Source: an uncultured bacterium | GTDB taxonomy: Bacteria; Krumholzibacteriota; Krumholzibacteriia; LZORAL124-64-63 | DNA length: 64,000 nucleotides | Direction: 5' to 3' | NCBI GenBank assembly: GCA_963732385.1 | Contig: CAVSZB010000007.1 | Span: 64,001 to 128,000 of the forward strand | In this document: positions 18,812-26,694 of the stretch, piece by piece | Numbering within the stretch: position 1 is the first letter of the stretch | Layout of the letters: each line of letters starts with the position of its first letter | The notes under the pieces: model-generated | Seen by the model: only the letters and a program-made list of their open reading frames with translations | Database searches by the model: none | Told to the model about the DNA's origin: nothing | Made by a program: the position numbers and the translations under genes

Positions 18812-19903
18812 ATGACGAAGACTGACTCCGGAGTACCCGGGCAGGGTTTCTGCGTGGTGATGGCGGGAGGGCGTGGTACGCGCTTCTGGCCGCTCAGTCG
18901 CGCCGCGCGTCCGAAGCAGCTGCTGCCGCTGGCCGGCGGTCGGACCCTGCTGCGCGAAACCTGTACGCGTCTGTTTCCGCTGGTCGGCCCGGAGCGGATC
19001 CTCGTGGTGACGAACGCGGTCCAGGCGGCCGCCTCAGCCGCCGAACTGCCGGAATTGCCGGCCGGGCACATCGTGGCCGAGCCGGTCGGTCGCAACACCG
19101 CCGTTTGTGCCGCGCTTGGCGTCCTGCTCGCCGAACGGCTCGTCGGACCGGGGCCGGTGGCTCTCCTGCCTGCCGACCATCTCATTCCCGACGGCGAAAT
19201 CCTGCGCGCCCAGCTGGCTGCGGCGTTCAGTCATGCCACCGAGAGCGGCGCCGCGATCACCTTCGGAATTCCCCCGACCCGCCCGGAAACAGGGTTCGGC
19301 TACATCGAGATCGGAGTCGGGGCGGGGGATGGCCCTTTGCCCGGCCTGCGCTTCGTGGAGAAACCGGACGCCGCCACGGCCGCGGTCTGGCTGGCCGGCG
19401 GTCGGCACCTCTGGAACAGCGGAATCTTCGTCTGGAAGAGCGATGCTTTCGTTCGCGCGCTCGACACCCACCTGCCTGGGCTGACGGCGCGGCTGGCGCC
19501 GGCCGTGGCGGCGTACGGCTCCGCCGGTTTCGGCGCCGCCCTGGCCGCGGCCTACGCCGACTGTCCGAGTCTTTCGGTGGATGTCGGCGTCATGGAGAAG
19601 CTACCGGCCTTCGCGGTCTTCCGGGCCGCGTTCCGCTGGTCGGATCTGGGCAGTTGGAACGCCTGGGGCGAACTGGCGCCGGATCTGCCGGGCGGGAACC
19701 GCGGTGAGGCAGAGGTGTATGCGGTCAGCGCTTCCGGGAATATCGTCCACGCTCCCGGCCGGACCGTGGCGCTGGTGGGCGTGGAGGGGTTGGTCGTGGT
19801 GGAGACCCCCGACGCCCTGCTGGTCTGCCGTGCCGATGCCGCACAGCGGCTGAAGGATGTGATCGCGCTGCTGGAGACCGGGCGGCGCGAAGATCTGTTG
19901 TGA
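18812..19903 (+). CDS. manC: Mannose-1-phosphate guanylyltransferase
   Basis: MAGGRGTRFWPLSR..PKQLL, EPVGRNTA, PADH, PETGFGYI, FVEKPD, WNSGIF, WSDLGSW. Confidence 0.93.
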   Translation: MTKTDSGVPGQGFCVVMAGGRGTRFWPLSRAARPKQLLPLAGGRTLLRETCTRLFPLVGPERILVVTNAVQAAASAAELPELPAGHIVAEPVGRNTAVCAALGVLLAERLVGPGPVALLPADHLIPDGEILRAQLAAAFSHATESGAAITFGIPPTRPETGFGYIEIGVGAGDGPLPGLRFVEKPDAATAAVWLAGGRHLWNSGIFVWKSDAFVRALDTHLPGLTARLAPAVAAYGSAGFGAALAAAYADCPSLSVDVGVMEKLPAFAVFRAAFRWSDLGSWNAWGELAPDLPGGNRGEAEVYAVSASGNIVHAPGRTVALVGVEGLVVVETPDALLVCRADAAQRLKDVIALLETGRREDLL

Positions 19904-19948
19904 TCCGTCGTGCCTCGCGGCGCGGCGCGAAAGGAGCGATCGAACACC

Positions 19949-21199
19949 ATGTCCCATCTTCGTCAACTCCGCCCCTGGGGTATCGCCGTCCTGCTGGCGA
20001 TGCTTTCCTGCACCCTCTTCTCCTGCCAGAGGCCGGGCGCCGGCGGCGCCGACCCGGATTTCAGGCGTATCTTCGGCAACGGGTTCAAGGATGTATCGCC
20101 GGTGCTCGCGAAGGTGGGCGATCTCGAGATCAGTCGGAATGACTTCGACCGGCGCCTGGCCGAACTGCCGGAAAAGACCAGGAAACAGTACACCGGCGAA
20201 GGCTGGGAAAAACGCTTCCTGCGCTTCATGACCGACGAAGCGCTGCTCTACCAGGAGGCGCAGAAGCGCAACATCGCCCGGGACCCCGAGATCGGAGGGA
20301 TGCTGATCTCCACTCAGCGCCACATCCTGATCAACGCGCTGCGCGAGCGTTCGCTGGCGAACGAGGCGAAACCGACCGAGCAGGAACTCCGCAGCTACTT
20401 CGAACGCACCCGCGACAGCTTCAAGGTCATGGGCGCACTCCAGGCTCAGCACATCCAGTGCCGGGACCGGCAGACCGCCTGGGAGGCGTACCGGGCGATC
20501 CGGGCGGCGGTCAATCCGGCGGCCGAATTCCCGCGCCAGGTGGCGAAGCATTCGGTCAACATGGTGTCGGCGAAGCAGGCGGGGGAACTCGGCTGGTTCA
20601 ACAAGGGTGGCTTCATCCAGGCCATCCCCTCCGCGGCGCGCTTCACGGAGGTCATCTGGGACTGGCCGATGGGCTTGCACGAGCCGGTCGAGATCAATGG
20701 CGACTGGCATGTCGTGGAGCTCACGCGTCGCACTGCCGAGCGCACTCTTACCTTCGAAGAGGCGCGCGACCAGGTGCTCAATGCGCTGATGCCGATCGCC
20801 AAGGAAAAGCACCTCGAAGGCTTCCTGCGCCAGGCGCGCCGTGCCGCGAACATCGAGTACTTTGGCGAGTACGCCCCGGGCGGCGGCATGAATCCCCGCG
20901 ACCTGGTCCGCCTGGCGCAGCTCGCGCCGACTCCGGAGGAGAAGCTCGATATCCTCAAGCAGGTCATCGAGGAGTATCCCGAGAGCGATTACGTTGATGA
21001 CGCGTTGTTCCTGGCGGCGAATGTCTATCTTGACGCCTGGTCCAACATCCCGTTCGCCGCCAACTACCTCGACGATCTGGTGCGCGAATACCCCGACAGC
21101 GAGTACGTCGAACAGGCGCGTTATCTGCTCGACAACCTGCACAAACCGAACTTCGGCCAGCCCAGCAGCGCCTCGGACCTGCAGCGGTCCGGCGGCTGA
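19949..21199 (+). CDS. PrsA/SurA-like parvulin foldase lipoprotein with a C-terminal TPR (BamD/YfiO-like) domain
   Basis: Lipobox LFSC; VLAKVGDLEIS, parvulin motifs QHIQC, AKHS..SAKQAGELGWF, EPVE..GDWHVV; C-terminal VIEEYPESDYVDDALF and LVREYPDSEYVEQA repeats; AAGGAG SD. Confidence 0.85.
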   Translation: MSHLRQLRPWGIAVLLAMLSCTLFSCQRPGAGGADPDFRRIFGNGFKDVSPVLAKVGDLEISRNDFDRRLAELPEKTRKQYTGEGWEKRFLRFMTDEALLYQEAQKRNIARDPEIGGMLISTQRHILINALRERSLANEAKPTEQELRSYFERTRDSFKVMGALQAQHIQCRDRQTAWEAYRAIRAAVNPAAEFPRQVAKHSVNMVSAKQAGELGWFNKGGFIQAIPSAARFTEVIWDWPMGLHEPVEINGDWHVVELTRRTAERTLTFEEARDQVLNALMPIAKEKHLEGFLRQARRAANIEYFGEYAPGGGMNPRDLVRLAQLAPTPEEKLDILKQVIEEYPESDYVDDALFLAANVYLDAWSNIPFAANYLDDLVREYPDSEYVEQARYLLDNLHKPNFGQPSSASDLQRSGG

Positions 21200-21220
21200 C
21201 GGCGCGGTCATCGCCGGGTG

Positions 21221-21260
21221 GAGCGGGGGGCGTTGACAGCCCCCCGCTCTCGGTTAGACT
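21221..21260 (+). promoter_or_regulatory. Putative promoter whose -35 box lies in the loop of an 11-bp inverted repeat
   Basis: GAGCGGGGGGC-gTTGACA-GCCCCCCGCTC; TTGACA (21233-21238)-16 nt-TAGACT (21255-21260). Confidence 0.5.
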
Positions 21261-21453
21261 GCCCGGGGGGCGCGCCCCGATCCGGTTCCCCATTGCCGGC
21301 ATGATTCCCGACCGGCAGGCGCAGGGGCCGATTCTGCTGCTATCCGGTGGTCGATGGTCTCGCGGGGCGGGTGTCTCGCGTGGTGATCCATGACCGGCGC
21401 GGCAGCACTTTTCCGGCGAAGATCTTCAGCGAACGGGAAGCGGAGGCGGACTC

Positions 21454-23064
21454 ATGACGTACGGTCGCCCTCAGCGGTTTCGCGGGCGCGGCGGGCCGAC
21501 GCGTGGGGCGTTGCTGCTGGTTCTGGCGCTGCTGTGCCTGCCGCACGGAGCTCCGGCCGCCTCGGCGCGTCGCCCGGGGCTGGACCGCGAATCGCGCGCG
21601 ATCGCCGAGCGGCTCTATCAGCAGCTGGAACAGGCGCGCGCGGAGCGGCGCGACCGCGCCCTGCTCGAACTGGCGTTCGAACTGGTGGATCGTTACGCCC
21701 GTTTTCCCGACAACGATCGGGTTTTGCTCCTGGCCGCGCACTCCGCCTGGCGCCTCGGGGATCTGCCGCTGGCGCGTCGGCTGCTGGGCAAACTGCGCGA
21801 CGACTGGCCCGGCTCGCGCCTGCTCACAGAAGCCTTGGCGCTGGCGGACACACTGGACGCGAGCCCGGGAAAGCCATCCGAATTCGCGCCGGCGCCGGCG
21901 CCGGCGGGCGAGCCGGACGCGAGGCCGGGGAAGCTGTCCGAATTCGTGCCGGTGCCGGCGCCGGCACCGGCGCCGCCGGGGGTGCGGGCGGCGGAGTCGG
22001 TGCCGGTCGATCCCGGGCTGATCGGGGTGCTTTGTGCGCTGAACGGCGAGGGAGAGGCGATCGGGAAGGCATTCGCCGCGGGGGCGAATCTGGCCGCCGT
22101 GCAGGTCGGGCGCGGCGGTTGGCGCCCGGTGCGTTTGCGGGTGGTCGACACTGGCGGCGATCCGGCGACCGCCGCGCTCGCCGCGCGACGTCTGGTGGTG
22201 GGCGAGGGGGTTGTCTCCCTGGTGGGCGCTGCCGGCGCGGGGCCGTCGGCGGCGGTGGCCGCTGTGGCCGATGCGTGGGGCGTGCCGTTCGTGGTTTCCG
22301 ACGGCGGCAGTCCCGCCCTGCGCGATTTCGGCCCCGCCGTCATCCCGACCGATCTGATCGAGGCGCACGACGCCCGCCTGCTGGCGCGTCTGGCGGTCGG
22401 TGTGGCGCGGCGATCACGCGTGGCGGTGCTTTATCCGGACACGCCGGAAGGGGCGCGTGCCTGCGCCGCGTTCGTGCTGGCCCTGCGCGAGACGGGCGGG
22501 CGCCTGGTGGGGGCCGTCGCCTGCGCGTCCGATGGCGCGATCGCTGACGAATCGCTGCGGCGCCTCGCGTGGATGTTGCCTGAGGCGCTCTATCTGCCTC
22601 TGACGCCGGCCACTGCGGCCCGGCTCGTTCCTCGGCTCAGGGCGGCCTCGCTCGCCGGCCTGTTGCTGGGACCGTCAGGCTGGGACGTGCCCGCGGCGGG
22701 CGTACTGGCCGACTTGCTGCCTCCGGAAGCGGTCTGCGCGGCGGAGGAAGCGGTCTGGCCGCAGGACTGGGTGGAGGAGTTCGCGGTCGCCTGGCCGGGA
22801 GCGGCGCCGGCCGGCGCGGAAGCCGTGGCGGAGCGGGCCGGTCGTCAAGCCTATCTTGCGGTGCGACTCGTGATGGAGGCGCTTGCCGACTGCGGCCTGA
22901 CGCCGACGCGCGCTGCCCTCGCCGGGATGCTCAGCGCACGCTGGCTGGGTCTGTGCGAGGCTCCGGTGGAGGCAGCGGAGGCGGTGAGCGGCGCGCGGAC
23001 GCCGCGGGAGGGGCGTTTCGTTCCTTACGCAGCGCCGGTGCCGGATCCGGGAGGGCGGGAGTGA
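21454..23064 (+). CDS. LpoA/LppC-like protein: N-terminal TPR plus type-1 periplasmic-binding-fold domain
   Basis: Signal-like hydrophobic segment, TPR (LVDRYARFPDND..LRDDWPGS), Pro-rich linker, IGVLCALNG, LRVVDTGGDP, VAVLYPDTPEG typical of the branched-chain-SBP fold; GGAGG SD. Confidence 0.7.
   Translation: MTYGRPQRFRGRGGPTRGALLLVLALLCLPHGAPAASARRPGLDRESRAIAERLYQQLEQARAERRDRALLELAFELVDRYARFPDNDRVLLLAAHSAWRLGDLPLARRLLGKLRDDWPGSRLLTEALALADTLDASPGKPSEFAPAPAPAGEPDARPGKLSEFVPVPAPAPAPPGVRAAESVPVDPGLIGVLCALNGEGEAIGKAFAAGANLAAVQVGRGGWRPVRLRVVDTGGDPATAALAARRLVVGEGVVSLVGAAGAGPSAAVAAVADAWGVPFVVSDGGSPALRDFGPAVIPTDLIEAHDARLLARLAVGVARRSRVAVLYPDTPEGARACAAFVLALRETGGRLVGAVACASDGAIADESLRRLAWMLPEALYLPLTPATAARLVPRLRAASLAGLLLGPSGWDVPAAGVLADLLPPEAVCAAEEAVWPQDWVEEFAVAWPGAAPAGAEAVAERAGRQAYLAVRLVMEALADCGLTPTRAALAGMLSARWLGLCEAPVEAAEAVSGARTPREGRFVPYAAPVPDPGGRE
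21856..21975 (+). repeat. Imperfect in-frame tandem duplication, 2 x 60 bp
   Basis: Units start at 21856 and 21916 and encode DASPGKPSEFAPAPAPAGEP and DARPGKLSEFVPVPAPAPAP. Confidence 0.85.
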
Positions 23065-23085
23065 GATGCCGTCAGCTCTCCTGCC

Positions 23086-23808
23086 TCACGGAGCTGAGCG
23101 CGGGGCATAGGGACTGTGGAACAGGACCGGCAGCCGGATCCAGAAGCCGAGCGGCGGACAGGTCGGGTCGGCGACCGGACGGAAGACCCAGGCGTTGACC
23201 GCCTTGAGCACCACCGCGTCGAACAGCGGCCCGCCGGTAGACCGGATCACATATGACGCGGTCACCCTCCCCAGCTCATCCACGTAGAAGGCCGCCTCGA
23301 CCGTGACGACCGGCAGGCGGCGCGCCTGTGCGTCGGCGCCGACGGGATATTCCGGGCGCACCATCCGCTCGAGCACGAAACAGCGGCTGGTCTGCTGCGG
23401 CAGCCGCATCTCGACGGCGTTGGCCAGACTCAGGTCGGGATCGGCAACGATTGCCGCGTCCGGTTGCGGCTGCGGCGCGGGGACCGGCTGCGCAGGTGCG
23501 ACCGGCCGGCCGGCCGCATCGTCCGGCACGAACGTCTGCTCGGGGGGTGGACGCCACAGGTTACGGAACTGCTCCGGCTCCTGATGGCGCGTATCGCGGC
23601 CCTGGTCGATGGAGAGTTCCGGCATCAACTTCAACTGACCCGCTGCGCCGGGGATGAACTCGAAGTGGCGCCGCGTCGCGTCGCGGTCGGGGCCGAAGAG
23701 GGCGATCAGGATCAGGAGGACGACCCCGGCCACGGCGCCCACGGCAAGACGCCGCCGTCTGCTGCGCCGGAAGCGGGCGTTGGCGTTGGCCGGCGGGTCA
23801 AATGGCAC
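23086..23808 (-). CDS. TonB family protein (single TM, Pro-rich linker, TonB C-terminal domain)
   Basis: GTG start 8 nt after GAGG; TM LAVGAVAGVVLLILIALF; PEYP..ARRL..FYVDELGRV...STGGPLFDAVVLKAVNAWVFRP. The upstream part of the longer track ORF overlaps the amidase gene and is taken as non-coding. Confidence 0.78.
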   Translation of the reverse strand: MPFDPPANANARFRRSRRRRLAVGAVAGVVLLILIALFGPDRDATRRHFEFIPGAAGQLKLMPELSIDQGRDTRHQEPEQFRNLWRPPPEQTFVPDDAAGRPVAPAQPVPAPQPQPDAAIVADPDLSLANAVEMRLPQQTSRCFVLERMVRPEYPVGADAQARRLPVVTVEAAFYVDELGRVTASYVIRSTGGPLFDAVVLKAVNAWVFRPVADPTCPPLGFWIRLPVLFHSPYAPRSAP

Positions 23809-23933
23809 GGGGGCAGCCTCGATGGTGGTCAGCAGTCGGCGCAGGAATGCGCCCGCATCCGACCATGGTCTCCGTGGCCTGCATTTATGTAATTTGTTTA
23901 TGTTCAATTCATTTCGTTGTTCGGCCAGGTCGA

Positions 23934-26465
23934 TTAATTCTGGTTCGGTGCGGTCCGTCGTTGCCCCCCTGCGCGCAGCAGGCGTCCCGCCCAGCCGGCC
24001 GGCGTCCGGTGCAGCGCCACCAGCGTCCAGCCGTCGGCCGTGTGCACTTCGAGGGTGTGCGCCGGACCGACCCCCGGCAGGCCCGGCTCGGGGCATGAAG
24101 ATAAGGACCGGTCGGCGCCGACGCACCAGCGCGGCGGCAGCCACGGCAGGTTGCCGTCGAGCTGCGCCCAGGTGACGGCCTCGAGAGGGGGCAGCAGGTC
24201 CGGCTGCGCGAGGATCAGCGCCGCCGGATCGAGCGGGGCGGCGAGCAGGGCGTCGTCGGCCAGCAGGGCGGCGATCGCCAGGAACAGCCCCCGCGCCGTG
24301 GCGGCCGCGTGCGACGGATCTTCCAGCCGCTCTTCGTCGCGGCCGTCGCGCGGGGGGGGCAGAGCCGCTTCGAGCGCCGGGCAGGCGGTCTGTCGCAACA
24401 GGTACGACGCGCCCGCCGTCACTGCGATCGAGTCGGGAGCGGCCAGGGAGGCGGCTGCCCGCCTGAGCAGGCGGGCCCAGCGCCGGCCCCGCGCGCTCGT
24501 GACATGGTGCACTGCCGTCCAGTCGGACTCGCCAGGCCGTGCGCGGCGGAGCGTGAGAAACAGCTCGGCCCCCGTTTCGTTCGCTTGCAGCAGTTTCGCC
24601 TCGGGCGCGATCCACCGCTCATCGTCGCGGGTGAAGGCGACCCGCGCCCCCGCGCCCCGCAACAGCGCGGCCAGGGCCCGCGCCACGCCGAGGTTCAGGT
24701 CGGCGCCGCGGGTTCCCGAAGGGCCGGTGCCGTCGTTGTCGGCGCCGCCTCCGGCGGGATCGAGCAGGATCGCGCGGCCGATGAGCGCCGGCAGGAGCGG
24801 CCTCCAGACGAGCGTGTCGCGTGGCGCGGCGCCGGCGGGGTCGCCGTCGACCAGGCCCGGCGCGGTTTCGACGATCGGCCGGGCGCCGTCCGCCTCGATC
24901 CAGAGCAATGAATCGCTTGCGGTCGCCACCACCGGCCAGGCGGGATTCGGCGTGAGCCCGTCCCATTCCGGCAGCGGGGTGCGGGCGCGCCAGGCGATGC
25001 CCGGCACGAGATCGTGGCGCCACTCCCGCGCCGCCGGTCGCAGCACCACGATCCGGCAGGCCGCGGGGAGCTGGCGGCGCCCGACTTGTCCGCCCGGCGG
25101 GCGGTCCGTGCCGGTGCCGTTGTCGGCGAAGCGGATGGCGCCGTCGGCCACCGTGGGGGCGAGGAACTGCCAGCCCCGTCCGTCCGGCCGCGGATGCAAC
25201 GGCACCGCCTCGCCGCCCGTCGTCGCGATCGCCAGGGCGCGTCCCGGGTCGGCGACCAGGCCGGCGCGATCGCGCCATTCCCAGGCCAGGAGCGCCGGCC
25301 GGGCGGAGTCGGGTCGGTCGGGGTCGGGGGCGAACGTCCAGAGACAGGCGCGCAACTCGCCCGGGGTGAACGGCATCCGCAGGATGGTGCGGGAGATCGG
25401 CGTCGACCGGCCGGCGAGGTTGCGGGCCCGCAGTTCGAGCCGGTGGTCGCCGGTCGGCAAGTCCCGGGTCGGTCGCCAGACCGCCAGACCGGAGAGGGCA
25501 TCGATTTCGACCGGCAGCATCGCGCCGTCGATGGTGAGCCGGAGCGACGCAGGATCGAGGCCCGGGCCCGCCGCCTGACCGGCGTCCGGAGCGAAGCGCC
25601 AGCGCAGCACCGGCAGCTGCGCGGGGTCGGCCAGGACCGTGTCGGGATGGGTTGGCGTCCAGCGCGGGCTGCCGCCGGCGAAGAAGTCGAGCAGGCCGAG
25701 GAACCAGGCCTGGGCCTCGAGCGCCTGCTTGTCGTCGCGGGCGAGACGGCGTTCCATGGCGGGGTTGGAGATCATCGCCGCCTCCCCCAGCACGGCGGGG
25801 ACGCGGCTCGCGCGCAGCACGCGGAAATTGCCCGGCAGGATGCGCGCCGGCGTCACCTCCAGATTGCGCGCGAGGTGGCGGTGGATCGCGCGGGCGAGGT
25901 CGAGGTCGGCTCCGTCACGGCCGGCGGGGTACCAGGTTTCGAGTGCGTTGAGCGTCGTGTCGCGGGCGGCGTTGCTGTTGTGGTGAATCGAGACGAATAT
26001 CTCCGGGCGCAGGGAGTCGACGCGTGCGAGACGGCGGCCAAGGTCGCCGGCCAGCGAGGAGTCGGCGGCGGTGAGGTCGTCGCGATCGGCGGCGCGGGTC
26101 AGCAGCGGCACGGCGCCGGACGCCGCCAGCAGGTCGCGCAGATGCCGCGCCACGCCGAGGTTGACGTCCGCTTCGGCCAGGCCGCGCGGGCCGAGCGCGC
26201 CGCGGAAGGCGCCGCCGTGGCCCGGATCGATGACGATCCGCCGGCCGCGCAGCGGGGTGGTGTCGCGTCCCTCCAGCACCTCGCGCAGCGCCGCGAAGCC
26301 GGGGGTGGTCAAAGAGGCGGCCGGTGGCGCGATGGCGGCGCCGTCGGTCGACGCGGCAGACGGCGCCGACGCGGGGGGCGGGCAGGGGGGACAGGCGCAG
26401 CCGGCGCCCAGGAACGCTCCGCCGAGCAGCGCCGCGAGGGCGAACGGGATGCGGCGTCGGGACAT
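23934..26465 (-). CDS. N-acetylmuramoyl-L-alanine amidase lipoprotein with two Amidase_3 domains (second degenerate)
   Basis: Start MSRRRIPFALAALLGGAFLGAGC (lipobox) after GAAGGAG; domain 1 IVIDPGHGG, EADVNL, SIHHNS, AVLGE; domain 2 ILLDPAGGG, GADLNL, TLRRA. Confidence 0.88.
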   Translation of the reverse strand: MSRRRIPFALAALLGGAFLGAGCACPPCPPPASAPSAASTDGAAIAPPAASLTTPGFAALREVLEGRDTTPLRGRRIVIDPGHGGAFRGALGPRGLAEADVNLGVARHLRDLLAASGAVPLLTRAADRDDLTAADSSLAGDLGRRLARVDSLRPEIFVSIHHNSNAARDTTLNALETWYPAGRDGADLDLARAIHRHLARNLEVTPARILPGNFRVLRASRVPAVLGEAAMISNPAMERRLARDDKQALEAQAWFLGLLDFFAGGSPRWTPTHPDTVLADPAQLPVLRWRFAPDAGQAAGPGLDPASLRLTIDGAMLPVEIDALSGLAVWRPTRDLPTGDHRLELRARNLAGRSTPISRTILRMPFTPGELRACLWTFAPDPDRPDSARPALLAWEWRDRAGLVADPGRALAIATTGGEAVPLHPRPDGRGWQFLAPTVADGAIRFADNGTGTDRPPGGQVGRRQLPAACRIVVLRPAAREWRHDLVPGIAWRARTPLPEWDGLTPNPAWPVVATASDSLLWIEADGARPIVETAPGLVDGDPAGAAPRDTLVWRPLLPALIGRAILLDPAGGGADNDGTGPSGTRGADLNLGVARALAALLRGAGARVAFTRDDERWIAPEAKLLQANETGAELFLTLRRARPGESDWTAVHHVTSARGRRWARLLRRAAASLAAPDSIAVTAGASYLLRQTACPALEAALPPPRDGRDEERLEDPSHAAATARGLFLAIAALLADDALLAAPLDPAALILAQPDLLPPLEAVTWAQLDGNLPWLPPRWCVGADRSLSSCPEPGLPGVGPAHTLEVHTADGWTLVALHRTPAGWAGRLLRAGGQRRTAPNQN

Positions 26466-26590
26466 GGCAACGGCTCCTTCCGGCGGGACGACATCCTGCC
26501 GGCGGAGCTTACGGGGGGCGGTGACGGGCTGTCCAGCGCCGCGCGCGGCGGCGCGAAGCGGGGGAATAGCGAGGCTTCGGCGTCGGCGGC

Positions 26591-26619
26591 TGGACTGGCG
26601 GGCACGCATCTGGTACCGT
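26591..26619 (+). promoter_or_regulatory. Possible selA promoter
   Basis: TGGACT-17 nt-TACCGT with extended -10 TG. Confidence 0.35.
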
Positions 26620-26694
26620 AAACAACCGCTGCGTTCGTCCGGCGCGCCGGCGGATCGCGATGATCCAGATCCCGCACCGCGAGGCTGACAGCCC

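Noticed and set aside
21301..21393. 30-codon small ORF in the 21.2-21.45 kb intergenic region
   Set aside because: No SD and no recognisable features.
23809..24615. N-terminal extension of the TonB ORF in the ORF track
   Set aside because: Overlaps the amidase gene in another frame and crosses the AT-rich promoter island; GTG 23808 with a GAGG SD is the better start.
26466..26694. Possible tRNA-Sec or SECIS near selA
   Set aside because: No cloverleaf with a TCA anticodon or T-loop motif, and no gene in the window shows an in-frame UGA followed by continued homology.
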